DNA of 64,000 bases from Gammaproteobacteria bacterium (GCA_965222155.1 CBDCTH010000012.1:32001-96000), one strand, 5' to 3'. Counted from the first letter of the stretch, positions 39,072-49,833 are shown. Program-made: numbers and translations. Notes: generated from the letters alone by a model not told the origin.

Positions 39072-41471
39072 ATGCAAGAAGTCAGCATCGAATACAACAG
39101 GAACCGGGCGGCCCTGGTACAACTACTGGAGTCAATCGACCGTCCCGGGGATTATTGCACCCATGGCAGGTTGTTCGTGCCGATGCCTCGAATAGAGGTC
39201 GACCAAGTGGGGACGATCGCATTTCCGGTTCTGGAGATGCAAACTCAGGCCTTGATCAGGGCGGCGGAACGCGCCCCCTACGGTCGGGGGCCGGAGACGC
39301 TGATAGACGACACCGTTCGCGCTGGGTGGCAACTCGACGCGAAAAAAGTCCACTTGGGCGGTGATGGCTGGAAAAACACTTTTACTCAGATCCTGGGCGA
39401 AGTGTCGACAGGGCTGGGTTACCCGGTTGAACAGGTCTGTGCGGAATTCTACAAGTTGCTGATCTATGGACCCGGCGGGTTCTTTTCGGCTCACCGCGAC
39501 ACCGAGAAGAAAGACGGTATGGTCGCCACGCTGGTTATCGCCCTCCCGACTGCCGGCGCCGGCGGCGAACTGGTCATCGACCATAAGGGACGCAAGACCG
39601 TTGTCGACATGGGTCCCCGAGACCCGTCTGAGTTGGCATTTGCGGCCTTTTTCGCTGATTGCGTACACGAGGTCCGAGCGGTCACTGAGGGATATCGCAT
39701 CACACTTACCTATAACTTGATCCTGCAAAATGGCGCTACGGGCGCGGCGCCCGGAAACGCGCCGTATTACGGAGACCAGGTAGAGACTATCGCTACCCTG
39801 CTCTCGGAATGGGGCCGCGACGACGAGGCGGAGGATAAGATCGTCTGGCTGCTGGAACACGATTACAGCGAGGCGGGCCTCTCCTTCGCTACCTTGAAGA
39901 ACGTCGATGCCGCGCTTGGACGGGTCCTCACGCAGGCCGCGAGGCGCGCCGATTGTGCGCTTTACGCGGCGATTTTACACATTGAGGAATATGGCAACGC
40001 GGAATACGTGGACATTGACTATTTCGAGAGGGGCCACGGCCGTGGTTACTATGGTGGTCCCGACGAATTGGACTACGAGATGGGTGAACTGGTCGAGGCC
40101 TGGCACTGGCTTGAAGGATGGACCGCCCCCGACGGCATAAAACCGGAATATGAAAAAATTCCGTTGCTGCCTGAAGAACTGCTGCCCCCCGACGCATTGG
40201 ACGACGCTGAGCCGGACGAGCAAAGGGTGAACGAAGCCAGCGGCAACGAAGGTGTCAGCGTGGAACGCGCCTATCGCCGCGCGGCCCTTGTGTTATGGCC
40301 AAACGCAAAGACCTTGGCGAACCTTGTACAGGGCGGAATCACAGGCGCTATCAACCACGTCGAGGCGGAACTCGAACGTAGCGCCGGGCAGGCGGAAGCG
40401 GAGGGTCGGATACGGAAACTGTTTGCTCAACTAATCGATCTCTGGCCACCGCTATCCCCCTACCTGGAGAGCCGTAATGGAGAAGACCGCAGCAGGATGC
40501 TGCGCCTGCTGCACACGCTTACAGATAAGGCCATGACCAGACGTTTCCTGCACCAGGTAATGATACCGCACTACCGCAGCAGTGATAACGAGGACTTGGT
40601 GATCGCAGCGGCGAAGATCGGCCCTGAAGGAATGAGGGACTTCTTGTCAGATTTCGTCGCAATGAATCTGCCGAAGCAGACGGCCGCTGTTATCGAACTG
40701 GTGTGGCGCCTTTGTAAACAACTTGACGGACAGGAGGGTGACGCATGGCGAGCTATACTCAGGGACGCCGCGCGGGCCGTCTACCGCGGGCTGCCGCTTG
40801 TCGTGGAACCACCGAAAGACGACGAATCGCCCTGGCGCCGACGCCGGATAGAGCCGTTTGCCGTGCAGACCATCCGGGATCTTTTTCTGCCGGCTTGTCG
40901 TCTGGACCTTGAGAACAAGGCAAACGACGCTGCCATGCTGCTCACCGGATATCCCCAAATCGTTATACCGGAGCGCGCGCTTCCGCAGGCTTTGGCGGAA
41001 CTACAAACTCTTGCGGAGCCCTTGCTGAAAACCACCACTTTTACGACGCTCTGGTGTCATGCGGCCAGGCACCTGCTGGCGCGCAGCGCGACGCCGCCCA
41101 AGGAACCACAGGATTGGGTCCTCACCGTCAAAATTGGATGTGACTGCCGGCATTGCCGGACATTACAAGTTTTCTGCAATGATCCCATGGCAACGACGAC
41201 ACGTTTCGCAGTACGGCAGGAACTGCGCAGCCACCTGCGTCATACCATCAAATACCACCAACTCGACATACACTATGAGACCGAACGCCGTGGCCGGCCC
41301 TATACGCTCATTTGTACAAAAACCCGGGACAGCTACAAGCGGAGACTTGCGCAATACACCAAGGACATTGAACACATGCAGATGCTGATAGCATCAGCGC
41401 CACCGGACCGGGCACCGGCGTGGAGCGGCGCTGACGACCTGGAACGGCTGCGCACGGCAGTCGCACCTTGA
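39072..41471 (+). CDS. Large 2OG-Fe(II) oxygenase-family protein with a long helical C-terminal region
   Basis: YKLLIYGPGGFFSAHRDTEK (HxD), GGELVI, DCVHEV...GYRITLTYNL; C-terminal CDCRHC; AGGAG upstream. Confidence 0.85.
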   Translation: MQEVSIEYNRNRAALVQLLESIDRPGDYCTHGRLFVPMPRIEVDQVGTIAFPVLEMQTQALIRAAERAPYGRGPETLIDDTVRAGWQLDAKKVHLGGDGWKNTFTQILGEVSTGLGYPVEQVCAEFYKLLIYGPGGFFSAHRDTEKKDGMVATLVIALPTAGAGGELVIDHKGRKTVVDMGPRDPSELAFAAFFADCVHEVRAVTEGYRITLTYNLILQNGATGAAPGNAPYYGDQVETIATLLSEWGRDDEAEDKIVWLLEHDYSEAGLSFATLKNVDAALGRVLTQAARRADCALYAAILHIEEYGNAEYVDIDYFERGHGRGYYGGPDELDYEMGELVEAWHWLEGWTAPDGIKPEYEKIPLLPEELLPPDALDDAEPDEQRVNEASGNEGVSVERAYRRAALVLWPNAKTLANLVQGGITGAINHVEAELERSAGQAEAEGRIRKLFAQLIDLWPPLSPYLESRNGEDRSRMLRLLHTLTDKAMTRRFLHQVMIPHYRSSDNEDLVIAAAKIGPEGMRDFLSDFVAMNLPKQTAAVIELVWRLCKQLDGQEGDAWRAILRDAARAVYRGLPLVVEPPKDDESPWRRRRIEPFAVQTIRDLFLPACRLDLENKANDAAMLLTGYPQIVIPERALPQALAELQTLAEPLLKTTTFTTLWCHAARHLLARSATPPKEPQDWVLTVKIGCDCRHCRTLQVFCNDPMATTTRFAVRQELRSHLRHTIKYHQLDIHYETERRGRPYTLICTKTRDSYKRRLAQYTKDIEHMQMLIASAPPDRAPAWSGADDLERLRTAVAP

Positions 41472-41597
41472 GAAAACGGAATGTGATGTAATTGAAACCA
41501 ACCCCAACTCTCTTTTCCAGGGACGGCTGACATGTGAATAGAAGGTTGTGGGGCAGGCGAACCACGCCAACACAATGATAGGCTGGGTTTATAAAAT

Positions 41598-41621
41598 GGG
41601 GACAGATTTAAATCTGTCCCC
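41598..41621. repeat. GGGGAC...GTCCCC palindrome, copy 1
   Basis: Perfect palindrome ggggacagatttaaatctgtcccc, followed by a partial repeat aaatctgtcc. Confidence 0.88.
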
Positions 41622-41679
41622 AAATCTGTCCTTTTCTGGTAATCTTACACCTTGGAAAAATTTTAAACTTCATCAACCC

Positions 41680-42489
41680 ATGAGCCGAATTTCATCCTCA
41701 TTCCAGGCACTTAAGCAACACAGTAGAAAAGCCTTGGTCCCGTTTATCACTGCGGGGGACCCTTGTCCGCAAGTTACGCTCACAATCATGCAATCCCTGG
41801 TACGTCACGGGGCTGATTTAATTGAACTGGGCGTCCCGTTTTCAGACCCGATGGCGGATGGCCCGGTAATTCAACGGGCTAATGAACGCGCGTTGACTCA
41901 GGGAGTCTCACTGACGAGTGTTTTGCAAATGGTCGAACAATTCCGTCAGTCCGATACCCGTACTCCCGTAATTTTGATGGGTTATTTAAACCCCATTGAA
42001 ATCTTCGGTTACGAGGAGTTCGCCCGGGAAGCCGCTGCGGCCGGGGTTGACGGGGTAATAATCGTGGATATGCCGCCCGAAGAGGCGGTGTTGCTTAACC
42101 GGCATTTGCGCGCCAGGCAAGTCGATCAGATTTTCCTTGTTACCCCCACTACTACCGAGCAGCGGATTGAAATCATAGCGGGGATTGCCTCCGGGTTTCT
42201 TTACTATGTCTCTGTGAAAGGGACGACCGGCGGGAAAGGAGCTGACCCGGTTAAGGTTAATGAAAAGCTGCACCTGCTGAGACGCAAAACCGACTTGCCC
42301 CTGGCCGTCGGTTTCGGGATAAAAGATGCTGAAACAGCAGCACGGATCGCAGATTATTGTGATGCCGTTGTCATCGGCAGCGCCCTGGTTGAGACGATCC
42401 ATGCTGCCGCAACTGCAGGAAGGGATATTGCCGCCCAGGCCGGCTCTTTTATTGCACCTGTACGACATACCCTGGATAAGGCGGCATAG
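41680..42489 (+). CDS. trpA: Tryptophan synthase alpha chain
   Basis: [38 protein letters not shown]. Confidence 0.97.
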   Translation: MSRISSSFQALKQHSRKALVPFITAGDPCPQVTLTIMQSLVRHGADLIELGVPFSDPMADGPVIQRANERALTQGVSLTSVLQMVEQFRQSDTRTPVILMGYLNPIEIFGYEEFAREAAAAGVDGVIIVDMPPEEAVLLNRHLRARQVDQIFLVTPTTTEQRIEIIAGIASGFLYYVSVKGTTGGKGADPVKVNEKLHLLRRKTDLPLAVGFGIKDAETAARIADYCDAVVIGSALVETIHAAATAGRDIAAQAGSFIAPVRHTLDKAA

Positions 42490-42500
42490 CGGCGCGTAAT

Positions 42501-43364
42501 ATGAGCTGGCTGGATAAATTACTTCCCTCAAGGATAAAAACCAACAGCACCAATCACCGGTCGGTGCCGGAGGGGGTATGGACAAAGTGCGACAGCTGTA
42601 ACGCAACACTTTATCGGGCGGAGTTGGCGCGTAACCTGGAAGTTTGTCCAAAATGCAGCCGCCATATGCGTATTGGCGCCAGAGCCAGGCTGAACAGCTT
42701 TCTCGACCGGGGCGATCAGGTTGAAATCGGCGCTGATATCAAGCCGGTAGACAAGTTAAAATTTCGCGACAGCAGGAAATACAAGGACCGGCTGACAAGC
42801 GCGCATAAGGAAACCGGTGAAAATGATGCCCTGGTAGCGATCAGGGGAAGTGTTAAAACAATACCCCTGGTTGCCGCCGCCTTTGAATTTGAATTTATGG
42901 GTGGTTCCATGGGTTCGGTAGTAGGAGAACGGTTTGTGCGCGCCGTGGACGCCTGTATAGAACATAATGTTCCGCTGATTTGCTTCTCTGCAAGTGGCGG
43001 CGCACGCATGCAGGAGACCTTGATCTCGCTTTTCCAGATGGCAAAAACAAGCTCGGCCTTGAGTAAACTGCGCAAGGCCGGCTTGCCTTATATCTCAGTT
43101 CTGACGAACCCTACAATGGGAGGCGTATCAGCGAGCCTGGGTAGTCTGGGAGATATAAATATTGCAGAACCGGGCGCTTTGATAGGGTTCGCCGGTCCCC
43201 GCGTAATCGAACAAACCGTACGCCAGACCCTGCCGGAGGAATTTCAGAAAAGTGAGTTTTTATTGGAACACGGGAATATCGATATGATTTCGGACAGGCG
43301 TGACATGCGGGATAAGATAGCATCATTATTATCTATTCTTTGCCATAAACAGCGCATCGTTTAA
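42501..43364 (+). CDS. accD: Acetyl-CoA carboxylase carboxyltransferase beta subunit
   Basis: Zinc finger [38 protein letters not shown]. Confidence 0.97.
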   Translation: MSWLDKLLPSRIKTNSTNHRSVPEGVWTKCDSCNATLYRAELARNLEVCPKCSRHMRIGARARLNSFLDRGDQVEIGADIKPVDKLKFRDSRKYKDRLTSAHKETGENDALVAIRGSVKTIPLVAAAFEFEFMGGSMGSVVGERFVRAVDACIEHNVPLICFSASGGARMQETLISLFQMAKTSSALSKLRKAGLPYISVLTNPTMGGVSASLGSLGDINIAEPGALIGFAGPRVIEQTVRQTLPEEFQKSEFLLEHGNIDMISDRRDMRDKIASLLSILCHKQRIV

Positions 43365-43369
43365 CGTCG

Positions 43370-44698
43370 ATGAGTTCCGTCCCTGAAATAGCGCCCAGGC
43401 TACAACAGCAACCTGAATTCAGGTTTTCTCACCTGACTGGCTGGCTGGCGTGGCAGGAAAGCCTGCATTTCACAGCCATAGAATTGGGTCTGGACCGCTG
43501 CAACAAGGTGGCCGGGAGAATGGGCCTGCTGAAACCGAACAGTAAGGTAATCAGCATATCCGGCACTAACGGGAAAGGTTCCAGCGCGGCAATGCTGGAT
43601 GCAATGTTGAGACAGTCCGGTTACAAGGTGGGGACATACACTTCACCACACTTAACCAGGTATAACGAACGGATTTGTATTAACGGCAAGCAGGTGACGG
43701 ATGACCAGCTTTGTCATTCATTTCAACGCATTGACCAGGCGCGGGGAGATATTTCCCTGACCTATTTCGAATTCGGCACCCTGGCTGCCCTGGACATATT
43801 CCAGCGTTCAGGCCTGGACATCATTATTCTGGAAGTCGGGCTGGGCGGTCGATTGGATGCTGTCAATATCCTGGATGCTGACATTGCCCTGGTAGTAACG
43901 ATCGACCTGGATCACGAGAAATGGCTGGGTTATACCAGGGAAAGCATCGGCAGGGAAAAAGCAGGGATATTCAGATGTGGTCGTCCGGCAGTCTGCTCAG
44001 ATTTAGTCGCGCCGGGATCCATCGCAGCTTGTGCGCAAGAATCAGGCGCTTCGCTGTATCAGGCAGGTCAGGATTTTACCTTTACGATTGATGCGGACAC
44101 CTGGACCTGGAGATGTTCCGATAAAGTTTATGAAGGTCTGCCCAAGCCCAGTATCAATAATGCCAGGCAGGTACAAAATGCCGCCGGCGTGCTGATGGTG
44201 CTGGAAACCATGGCCGCTGAATTTGTGGTCAGCCGGGAAACAGTAAAGGCCTGTCTCCGGGATTTTCGACTTGCCGGCCGGTTCCAGGTTATTCCAGGAG
44301 AAATACCCTGTATCCTGGACGTCGCGCATAACCGCCAGGCCATCTCGGCATTGGTTGAAAATGTGAAGAGGATTCCATGTCTCGGAGAAACGCATATTGT
44401 GATAGGCATGCTCAAGGATAAAAATCATACTGCCGTTTTCGAGGAATTGGAGGAAATTGCCGATCGCTGGTATGTGGCCGAATTGCAGGCTGACCGCGCG
44501 GCAAGTCTGATAGAATTAACCGGCGCCTTGGGAAAATATGAAGACGCCGAGAAAATCAAGCAGTTCCAAACTGTCTATGAAGCACTGGCAGAAGCCGAGG
44601 CTTGTACTTATATCGGCGACAGGATCATTGTTACCGGATCATTTGTAACTGTCGGCACCGCAATTGATTATCTGAAGCGTAATTGGGGACGGAATTAA
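43370..44698 (+). CDS. folC: Dihydrofolate/folylpolyglutamate synthase
   Basis: GTNGKGS, YTSPHL, LEVGLGGRLDAVN, LDVAHN. The stop codon lies inside a palindromic repeat. Confidence 0.95.
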   Translation: MSSVPEIAPRLQQQPEFRFSHLTGWLAWQESLHFTAIELGLDRCNKVAGRMGLLKPNSKVISISGTNGKGSSAAMLDAMLRQSGYKVGTYTSPHLTRYNERICINGKQVTDDQLCHSFQRIDQARGDISLTYFEFGTLAALDIFQRSGLDIIILEVGLGGRLDAVNILDADIALVVTIDLDHEKWLGYTRESIGREKAGIFRCGRPAVCSDLVAPGSIAACAQESGASLYQAGQDFTFTIDADTWTWRCSDKVYEGLPKPSINNARQVQNAAGVLMVLETMAAEFVVSRETVKACLRDFRLAGRFQVIPGEIPCILDVAHNRQAISALVENVKRIPCLGETHIVIGMLKDKNHTAVFEELEEIADRWYVAELQADRAASLIELTGALGKYEDAEKIKQFQTVYEALAEAEACTYIGDRIIVTGSFVTVGTAIDYLKRNWGRN

Positions 44699-44708
44699 TT
44701 CCGTCCCC
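44685..44708. repeat. GGGGAC...GTCCCC palindrome, copy 2, overlapping the folC stop
   Basis: ggggacggaattaattccgtcccc. Confidence 0.88.
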
Positions 44709-44721
44709 TGTGGAACTGGAA

Positions 44722-45288
44722 ATGGAACAGAGATTAAAAGAAAGACTTACCGGGATAGTCGTTTTGATTTTGCTGGCTGTGATCGTTATGCCCCTGCTGC
44801 TGGATGATACCCGGGAAGTGGAGACCAGGATCACGGCAACCAACATTCCGGAAAAGCCGGATGACAATTTCACCACGCGCTTGATACCCATCCCGGAACA
44901 GGATGAAATTCTCCCGGTTACAGAGGAGGCGGAAGATATTCCGGCCCCGGTCGATGGGAATGACGTGGGCAGCGTTGAGGCGGCTAGCGCTAATGAGCCC
45001 ACACCGACTGCACCCGAGGCCCGCGCTGAATTGGAAAACAAGGATTTAACCGGATGGGTTGTACAGGTTGGCAGTTTTTCCAGGGCAAATTCCGATAAAC
45101 TTAATGAACAATTACGAGAAGCCGGATATCGATCATATGTTGTTGATGAGCCGGTGAAAGCGAAAGACGGTTCTTTGTTGTACCGGGTAAGAATAGGCCC
45201 CGAGGTTCTCCGTTCGGAAGCATTGAAGCTGAAGGCTGAATTAAAGAAGGAAATGAACCTGGAAGGTCTTGTATTGAACTATCCGTAA
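44722..45288 (+). CDS. dedD: SPOR-domain cell division protein, DedD-like
   Basis: LKERLTGIVVL transmembrane segment, acidic linker and WVVQVGSFS..YRVRIGP; sits between folC and cvpA. Confidence 0.85.
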   Translation: MEQRLKERLTGIVVLILLAVIVMPLLLDDTREVETRITATNIPEKPDDNFTTRLIPIPEQDEILPVTEEAEDIPAPVDGNDVGSVEAASANEPTPTAPEARAELENKDLTGWVVQVGSFSRANSDKLNEQLREAGYRSYVVDEPVKAKDGSLLYRVRIGPEVLRSEALKLKAELKKEMNLEGLVLNYP

Positions 45289-45377
45289 CACTCGGTTCTT
45301 GCAAAGGTTGCTTATAAATATGCAAACATTCTGGGTTTCAACCAGTCAGATCAGATAAATCGGACAAGGATCTGATT

Positions 45378-45884
45378 GTGGAAGGCGTTGACATAGGTAT
45401 TCTGATAATTTTGTTCCTGCCTGCAATCATGGGATTGCTATACGGTTTCTTGAACGTCCTGTTTTCAATTGCCGCATGGATAATGGCTGTTGTGACGGCA
45501 GCTAAAGTCAGTGGTTATCTTTCTCCCTTATTGGCTGATTATCTGGAACCGGTACTCAGGAATGTCATTGCTTTTGCCGGCGTTTTTATTATCAGTCTGG
45601 TGATCTTCACTGCGTTGGGATATTTCGTAGTGAAATTACTCGGCAGGACAGGGTTGACTGCCGCCGACAGGTTTTTAGGTTTTTTCTTTGGAATTGGACT
45701 GGGTGGGGTGATTATTGTCATCCTTGTTTTCCTGGCCGGCTTTACGGCAATATCAAAACATGAATGGTGGCATGAAGCCGTTCTAATCGAACCGTTCCAG
45801 CGTGTCTGCGTATGGGGCCAACGCTTTCTTCCGGAAGACATTGCGGTTTATCATCGTTACGAACCAAATCCGGTAGGAGAATAG
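45378..45884 (+). CDS. cvpA: CvpA family membrane protein
   Basis: Hydrophobic, with TGLTAADRFLG; directly upstream of purF. Confidence 0.88.
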   Translation: MEGVDIGILIILFLPAIMGLLYGFLNVLFSIAAWIMAVVTAAKVSGYLSPLLADYLEPVLRNVIAFAGVFIISLVIFTALGYFVVKLLGRTGLTAADRFLGFFFGIGLGGVIIVILVFLAGFTAISKHEWWHEAVLIEPFQRVCVWGQRFLPEDIAVYHRYEPNPVGE

Positions 45885-45893
45885 AGAGAGCAG

Positions 45894-45918
45894 GGGGACA
45901 GATTTGAAATCTGTCCCC
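45894..45918. repeat. GGGGAC...GTCCCC palindrome, copy 3
   Basis: ggggacagatttgaaatctgtcccc. Confidence 0.88.
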
Positions 45919-45935
45919 GGAAGCTATTACAGAAA

Positions 45936-47453
45936 ATGTGCGGCATTATCGGAATTGTTGGTAAATCCAACGTCAACCAGGCGCTGTTCGACGGCCTGAC
46001 GATCCTGCAGCACCGGGGGCAGGATGCAGCGGGTATCGTTACCTGCGACAGTGCCCGGCTTTATCTCTGCAAAAACAACGGTCTGGTCAGGGATGTTTTC
46101 AATGCCAGCCAGATGCTTAACCTCAAGGGCAACATGGGCATCGGGCATATCAGGTATCCCACTGCAGGATGTTCATCTTCCTCTGAAGCACAGCCGTTTT
46201 ATGTTAACTCTCCCTACGGAATTGCCCTGGCTCATAACGGGAATCTCACCAACAGCGAAGAACTGAAACGGGTTCTCATAATGGATGGATTAAGGCACAT
46301 AAATACGGAATCGGATTCTGAGGTTTTGCTGAATATCCTGGCCTTCGAATTGCAACACATCGGCAAACTGAAAAAGGACCTGACGCCGCAGGATATTTTT
46401 TCGGTTGTACGGAGGCTGCATAAGCGCTGTCGGGGTGGGTACTCTGCCGTTGCACTGATTTCCGGCGTCGGTGTTCTTGCCTTCCGCGACCAGTTCGGCA
46501 TCCGTCCGATTATCTATGGCGAGCGCACCACCGACAGGGGCAAGGAATTTGTTGTAGCCTCTGAAAGTGTGGCCATGGACGCCCTGGATTTCAGCGTGCT
46601 GCGTGATATAAGACCGGGAGAGGCGATATTCATCAGTGAACAGGGTGAGTTATTTTCAGATCAATGTGTGGAACACCCGCAACATACGCCTTGTATCTTT
46701 GAATATGTCTACCTGGCCAGACCGGATTCCGTTATCGATAACATCTCCGTGTACAAGACCCGTTTGCGCATGGGGGAGGCCCTTGCCGCGCAGATATTAA
46801 GGCTCCGGCCGGACCATGATATCGACGTGGTGATCCCCATCCCGGACACGGGTCGCACCGCTGCACTGCCGCTGGCCTATGAACTGGGCGTTAAATACCG
46901 TGAAGGATTTATTAAGAACAGGTATATCCCCCGCACGTTTATCATGCCCGGACAGAGCATCAGGAAAAAGTCTGTAAGGCAGAAACTGAACGCAATCGGA
47001 CTGGAGTTCCGGGGAAAGAATGTGCTGCTGGTGGATGATTCCATCGTGCGCGGTACAACCTCCGGGGAGATCATACAGATGGCCCGTGATGCGGGTGCGG
47101 CAAAAGTGTATTTTGCCTCTGCGGCTCCACCGGTACTTTATCCCAACGTTTACGGTATTGACATTCCGACACCTGACGAACTGGTTGCCCATGGCAGGAC
47201 TGAAGAGGAAGTATGCGCGGCTATCGGCGCTGACTGGCTGATCTACCAGGAAGTGGAAGACCTGATTAAGGCGGCAAGGGAAGGGAATCCGAGTATCAAC
47301 CGGTTTGAAATGTCCGTCTTTACCGGTGAATACGTTACCGGAGACGTGAGCGAAGACTACCTGACAAACCTGTCGATACAGCGCAACGATGCGGTCAAAC
47401 AGTCCCGCGCCCTGGTCGATGACGTGCTCAACGACCTGTCGGATATGACGTAG
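45936..47453 (+). CDS. purF: Amidophosphoribosyltransferase
   Basis: [31 protein letters not shown]. Confidence 0.97.
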   Translation: MCGIIGIVGKSNVNQALFDGLTILQHRGQDAAGIVTCDSARLYLCKNNGLVRDVFNASQMLNLKGNMGIGHIRYPTAGCSSSSEAQPFYVNSPYGIALAHNGNLTNSEELKRVLIMDGLRHINTESDSEVLLNILAFELQHIGKLKKDLTPQDIFSVVRRLHKRCRGGYSAVALISGVGVLAFRDQFGIRPIIYGERTTDRGKEFVVASESVAMDALDFSVLRDIRPGEAIFISEQGELFSDQCVEHPQHTPCIFEYVYLARPDSVIDNISVYKTRLRMGEALAAQILRLRPDHDIDVVIPIPDTGRTAALPLAYELGVKYREGFIKNRYIPRTFIMPGQSIRKKSVRQKLNAIGLEFRGKNVLLVDDSIVRGTTSGEIIQMARDAGAAKVYFASAAPPVLYPNVYGIDIPTPDELVAHGRTEEEVCAAIGADWLIYQEVEDLIKAAREGNPSINRFEMSVFTGEYVTGDVSEDYLTNLSIQRNDAVKQSRALVDDVLNDLSDMT

Positions 47454-47683
47454 TCACAAAGCCATTAAATTAAGACGTCTGGACATCTACCATGTCAGAC
47501 ATGAAACAACGGCTTCAAGAAGTCCTCTTGGTCAGATACGAGTGCTACCCTGCAGACACTGTTGTTAATGTCCAAGCCACTGTTAATCAAGGAAATTGAG
47601 GACCGAGTATAAAAAGCGGGATCTGGAGTGGTATCTACTGCGTTACTGTAACTTATCGTTACCCTTCTTTCTCGTGTTGAATT

Positions 47684-47889
47684 CAGGGCAAACGCATACT
47701 TTTGAATTCAGACGTTTTTACCCGATTCCGTCATTCTGGCGCAAGCCAGAATCCAGTGAATAACCCCTCATCACCATGATCATGCGCTGTTGTTTGACTG
47801 GATGCTGGCATTCGCCAGCATGACGGGCGGCGTTTTCCGGTTGGTTTCCTGTCTTCTGCAACAGAATCCAAAAGTATGCGTTTGCCCTG
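47684..47889. mobile_element. MITE copy 1 (206 bp) with CAGGGCAAACGCATACTTTT terminal IRs and a 10-bp target duplication
   Basis: gtgttgaatt at 47674-47683 and 47890-47899; an internal pair of CGTC-type hairpins. Confidence 0.9.
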
Positions 47890-47918
47890 GTGTTGAATTA
47901 CTCTGAATGAAATAAAAC

Positions 47919-47946
47919 TTGACAATACATATATTATATGTATATT
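47919..47946 (+). promoter_or_regulatory. brnTA promoter with an overlapping palindromic operator
   Basis: TTGACA, 16-bp spacer, TATATT. Inverted repeat atacatat-att-atatgtat at 47925-47943. ATG is 6 nt after the -10 box. Confidence 0.65.
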
Positions 47947-47952
47947 TAAATT

Positions 47953-48228
47953 ATGGAAGTTGAATGGAATCAGGAAAAGGCCAGATCAAACCTCGAAAAA
48001 CATAGCGTTTCGTTTGAAGAAGCGTTCAGTTCCTTATTGGACCCTGATGCTTTGGTATTAGAAGATTTTGATTCTGAAGGGGAAAGCAGATGGATTCTCA
48101 TAGGGATGAGTAACAGGGTACGACTTCTTACGGTCGTATATACACTCCGTAGTGAAGATAGTATCCGTTTAATTTCCGCCAGAAAGTCCACTCGTAAAGA
48201 AGGTTACTACTATGCGCAAAGAATATGA
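47953..48228 (+). CDS. brnT: BrnT-family toxin
   Basis: EWNQEKARSNLEKHSVSFEEA, ESRWILIG, IRLISARK. Confidence 0.9.
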   Translation: MEVEWNQEKARSNLEKHSVSFEEAFSSLLDPDALVLEDFDSEGESRWILIGMSNRVRLLTVVYTLRSEDSIRLISARKSTRKEGYYYAQRI

Positions 48229-48481
48229 TTTTTCCAAAGCCAGGAAAGCCGTGGATGTTCCGCACCTGGCCAGACTGCAAGCCGGGTTAAAGGGTAAAAC
48301 CAGAATAACCATCATGCTTGATAATGACGTACTGGAAGAATTTCGCCATAGAGCCAATGAGGTAGGACTGGGCTATCAAACACTTATCAATCAGACTTTA
48401 CGCTCCCATATAAACGCTCGCCCACTTGATGAACAAACAATTCGTAAGGTTATCCGGGAAGAGATATCGTCAATAAAATAA
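48212..48481 (+). CDS. brnA: BrnA-family antitoxin
   Basis: MRKEYDFS, KTRITIMLDNDVLEEF, GYQTLINQTLR; overlaps brnT. Confidence 0.9.
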   Translation: MRKEYDFSKARKAVDVPHLARLQAGLKGKTRITIMLDNDVLEEFRHRANEVGLGYQTLINQTLRSHINARPLDEQTIRKVIREEISSIK

Positions 48482-48616
48482 AAGTAAGAGATAAGAAATT
48501 ACGTTAAAAAAGAAATAATACACATCGAATCGTAGCTTGAAATACTCGTCATACTGGCGCAGCCTGCTGGAAAAGTTGCTGCAATAATGACCCATCATCC
48601 TAAATATTTCATTCCA

Positions 48617-48808
48617 TTATTGCCACACTGGGTGCTCCATCCAGTTTTCTGGTATTCCCATTGCCGCTCGCCATTTCCTGTCTGCTGCAATGGGTTTAAA
48701 CAGGTCGTTACATTGTTTTTTCCATTCATCGATACGATGTGAGGGGAGATTTCGTGTAGACTTCAACCACTGGGAATCCTCGTGACGCAGGCAAAAAAAA
48801 GCCGCCAA
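48617..48808 (-). pseudogene. Possible C-terminal remnant of an Abi-like protein
   Basis: Ends AMGIPENWMEHPVW, resembling the MGFPxNW terminus of Abi-family proteins. No N-terminus present. Confidence 0.45.
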
Positions 48809-49010
48809 GGTTGCGCATTGTTAAGAGGCGTGACGGCTATGTTAGACATATTATAGCTCCAGTAGATGGCAGATTCAAGAGAATTATGACTTCTTCCCGT
48901 AAAACTGATCTAGACCAAAAAATTCTGGCATTGTTGAGACTCACCTTAAGCAATGGGGCTATCGTGTAGCTCAATACCAAAACTGGCGACATATAGAGTG
49001 AATGGAAGTG

Positions 49011-49297
49011 CTAAAGCCTGTATATCCAGCTATCCCGAAGTTTCTTGACGCCGTCCTTATGTAACGTGGCAGTACGCGTACCCAATTCACCTCTGGGATT
49101 TTTTCGGAAATCTTCCACTGTTACTTGTCCCAGATAGACCTCAGTGAATGTCATCGGAGCCCTGTTATTGGCAGGTTCTGAAGTGGTATCTACCGATCCT
49201 GTATCGCCATTTGAAAATCCTGCCAGCGCAGTTCGTATGGTGGTTTGGCTGCATCATTAAATTTGGAGGCATCAACAATATTATGTGTGATTACCAT
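49011..49297 (-). pseudogene. Internally deleted hypothetical gene remnant
   Basis: MVITHNIV...YELRWQDFQMAIQD is joined out of frame to VDTTSEP..FTEVYLGQV..RGELGTRTATLH..WIYRL*. Confidence 0.45.
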
Positions 49298-49340
49298 GAT
49301 GTTATTTGAAGTGTGCCGAGGAAAAGCCCCAGGGCCTATG

Positions 49341-49814
49341 CTACTCTTCTTCCTTGCGCTTGTTTTCCGGGCCGGTAAAACCGGTCGCCTTGAAAAAGTT
49401 GTTCTGCAGTTGCCGCCATGCTTCCATGTTTTGCTCCGTTAGCTCGTTCATTGTTGCGGTAAAAGGGTTGCTGCTGACCGCCTGCTGGAAATTTTTCTGG
49501 ATGTTCCGTTGTTGTGAAGCCAGCATTTCCAGGCTTTTCTCCATGTATTCGCTGAACGCGGACTGGTAGGCGTTGCCGTAAAAACGGATGAGCTGGGTCA
49601 GCATCGGTGTATTGAAGATGGGTTCGCCTTCGTGTTCCTGTTCCGCGATAATCTGCAGTAATACGCTGCGCGTCAGGTCTTCCTCAGATTTGACGTCGGT
49701 GACACAGAACTCAACACCGTCCAGCACCAGCTTCCTGACGTCATCCAGCGTGATATATCTACTGATCTCGGTATCGTAGAGGCGGCGATTGGGGTATTTT
49801 TTTATGATACGCAT
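49341..49814 (-). CDS. phaR: Polyhydroxyalkanoate synthesis repressor
   Basis: RIIKKYPNRRLYDTEISRYITL, EDLTRSVLLQII, LIRFYG. Confidence 0.93.
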   Translation of the reverse strand: MRIIKKYPNRRLYDTEISRYITLDDVRKLVLDGVEFCVTDVKSEEDLTRSVLLQIIAEQEHEGEPIFNTPMLTQLIRFYGNAYQSAFSEYMEKSLEMLASQQRNIQKNFQQAVSSNPFTATMNELTEQNMEAWRQLQNNFFKATGFTGPENKRKEEE

Positions 49815-49833
49815 GTCGGTGAAAATGCTCAGG

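Noticed and set aside
25720-41680. att-like direct repeats bounding the trpB-trpA insertion
   Set aside because: Only a weak resemblance (taacactttag versus ttacaccttgg), and no recombinase gene.
47684-47710. CAGGGCAAAC resembling the start of a c-di-GMP-I riboswitch
   Set aside because: The downstream riboswitch stems are missing. The sequence is the terminal IR of a MITE with a matching opposite end and target duplication.
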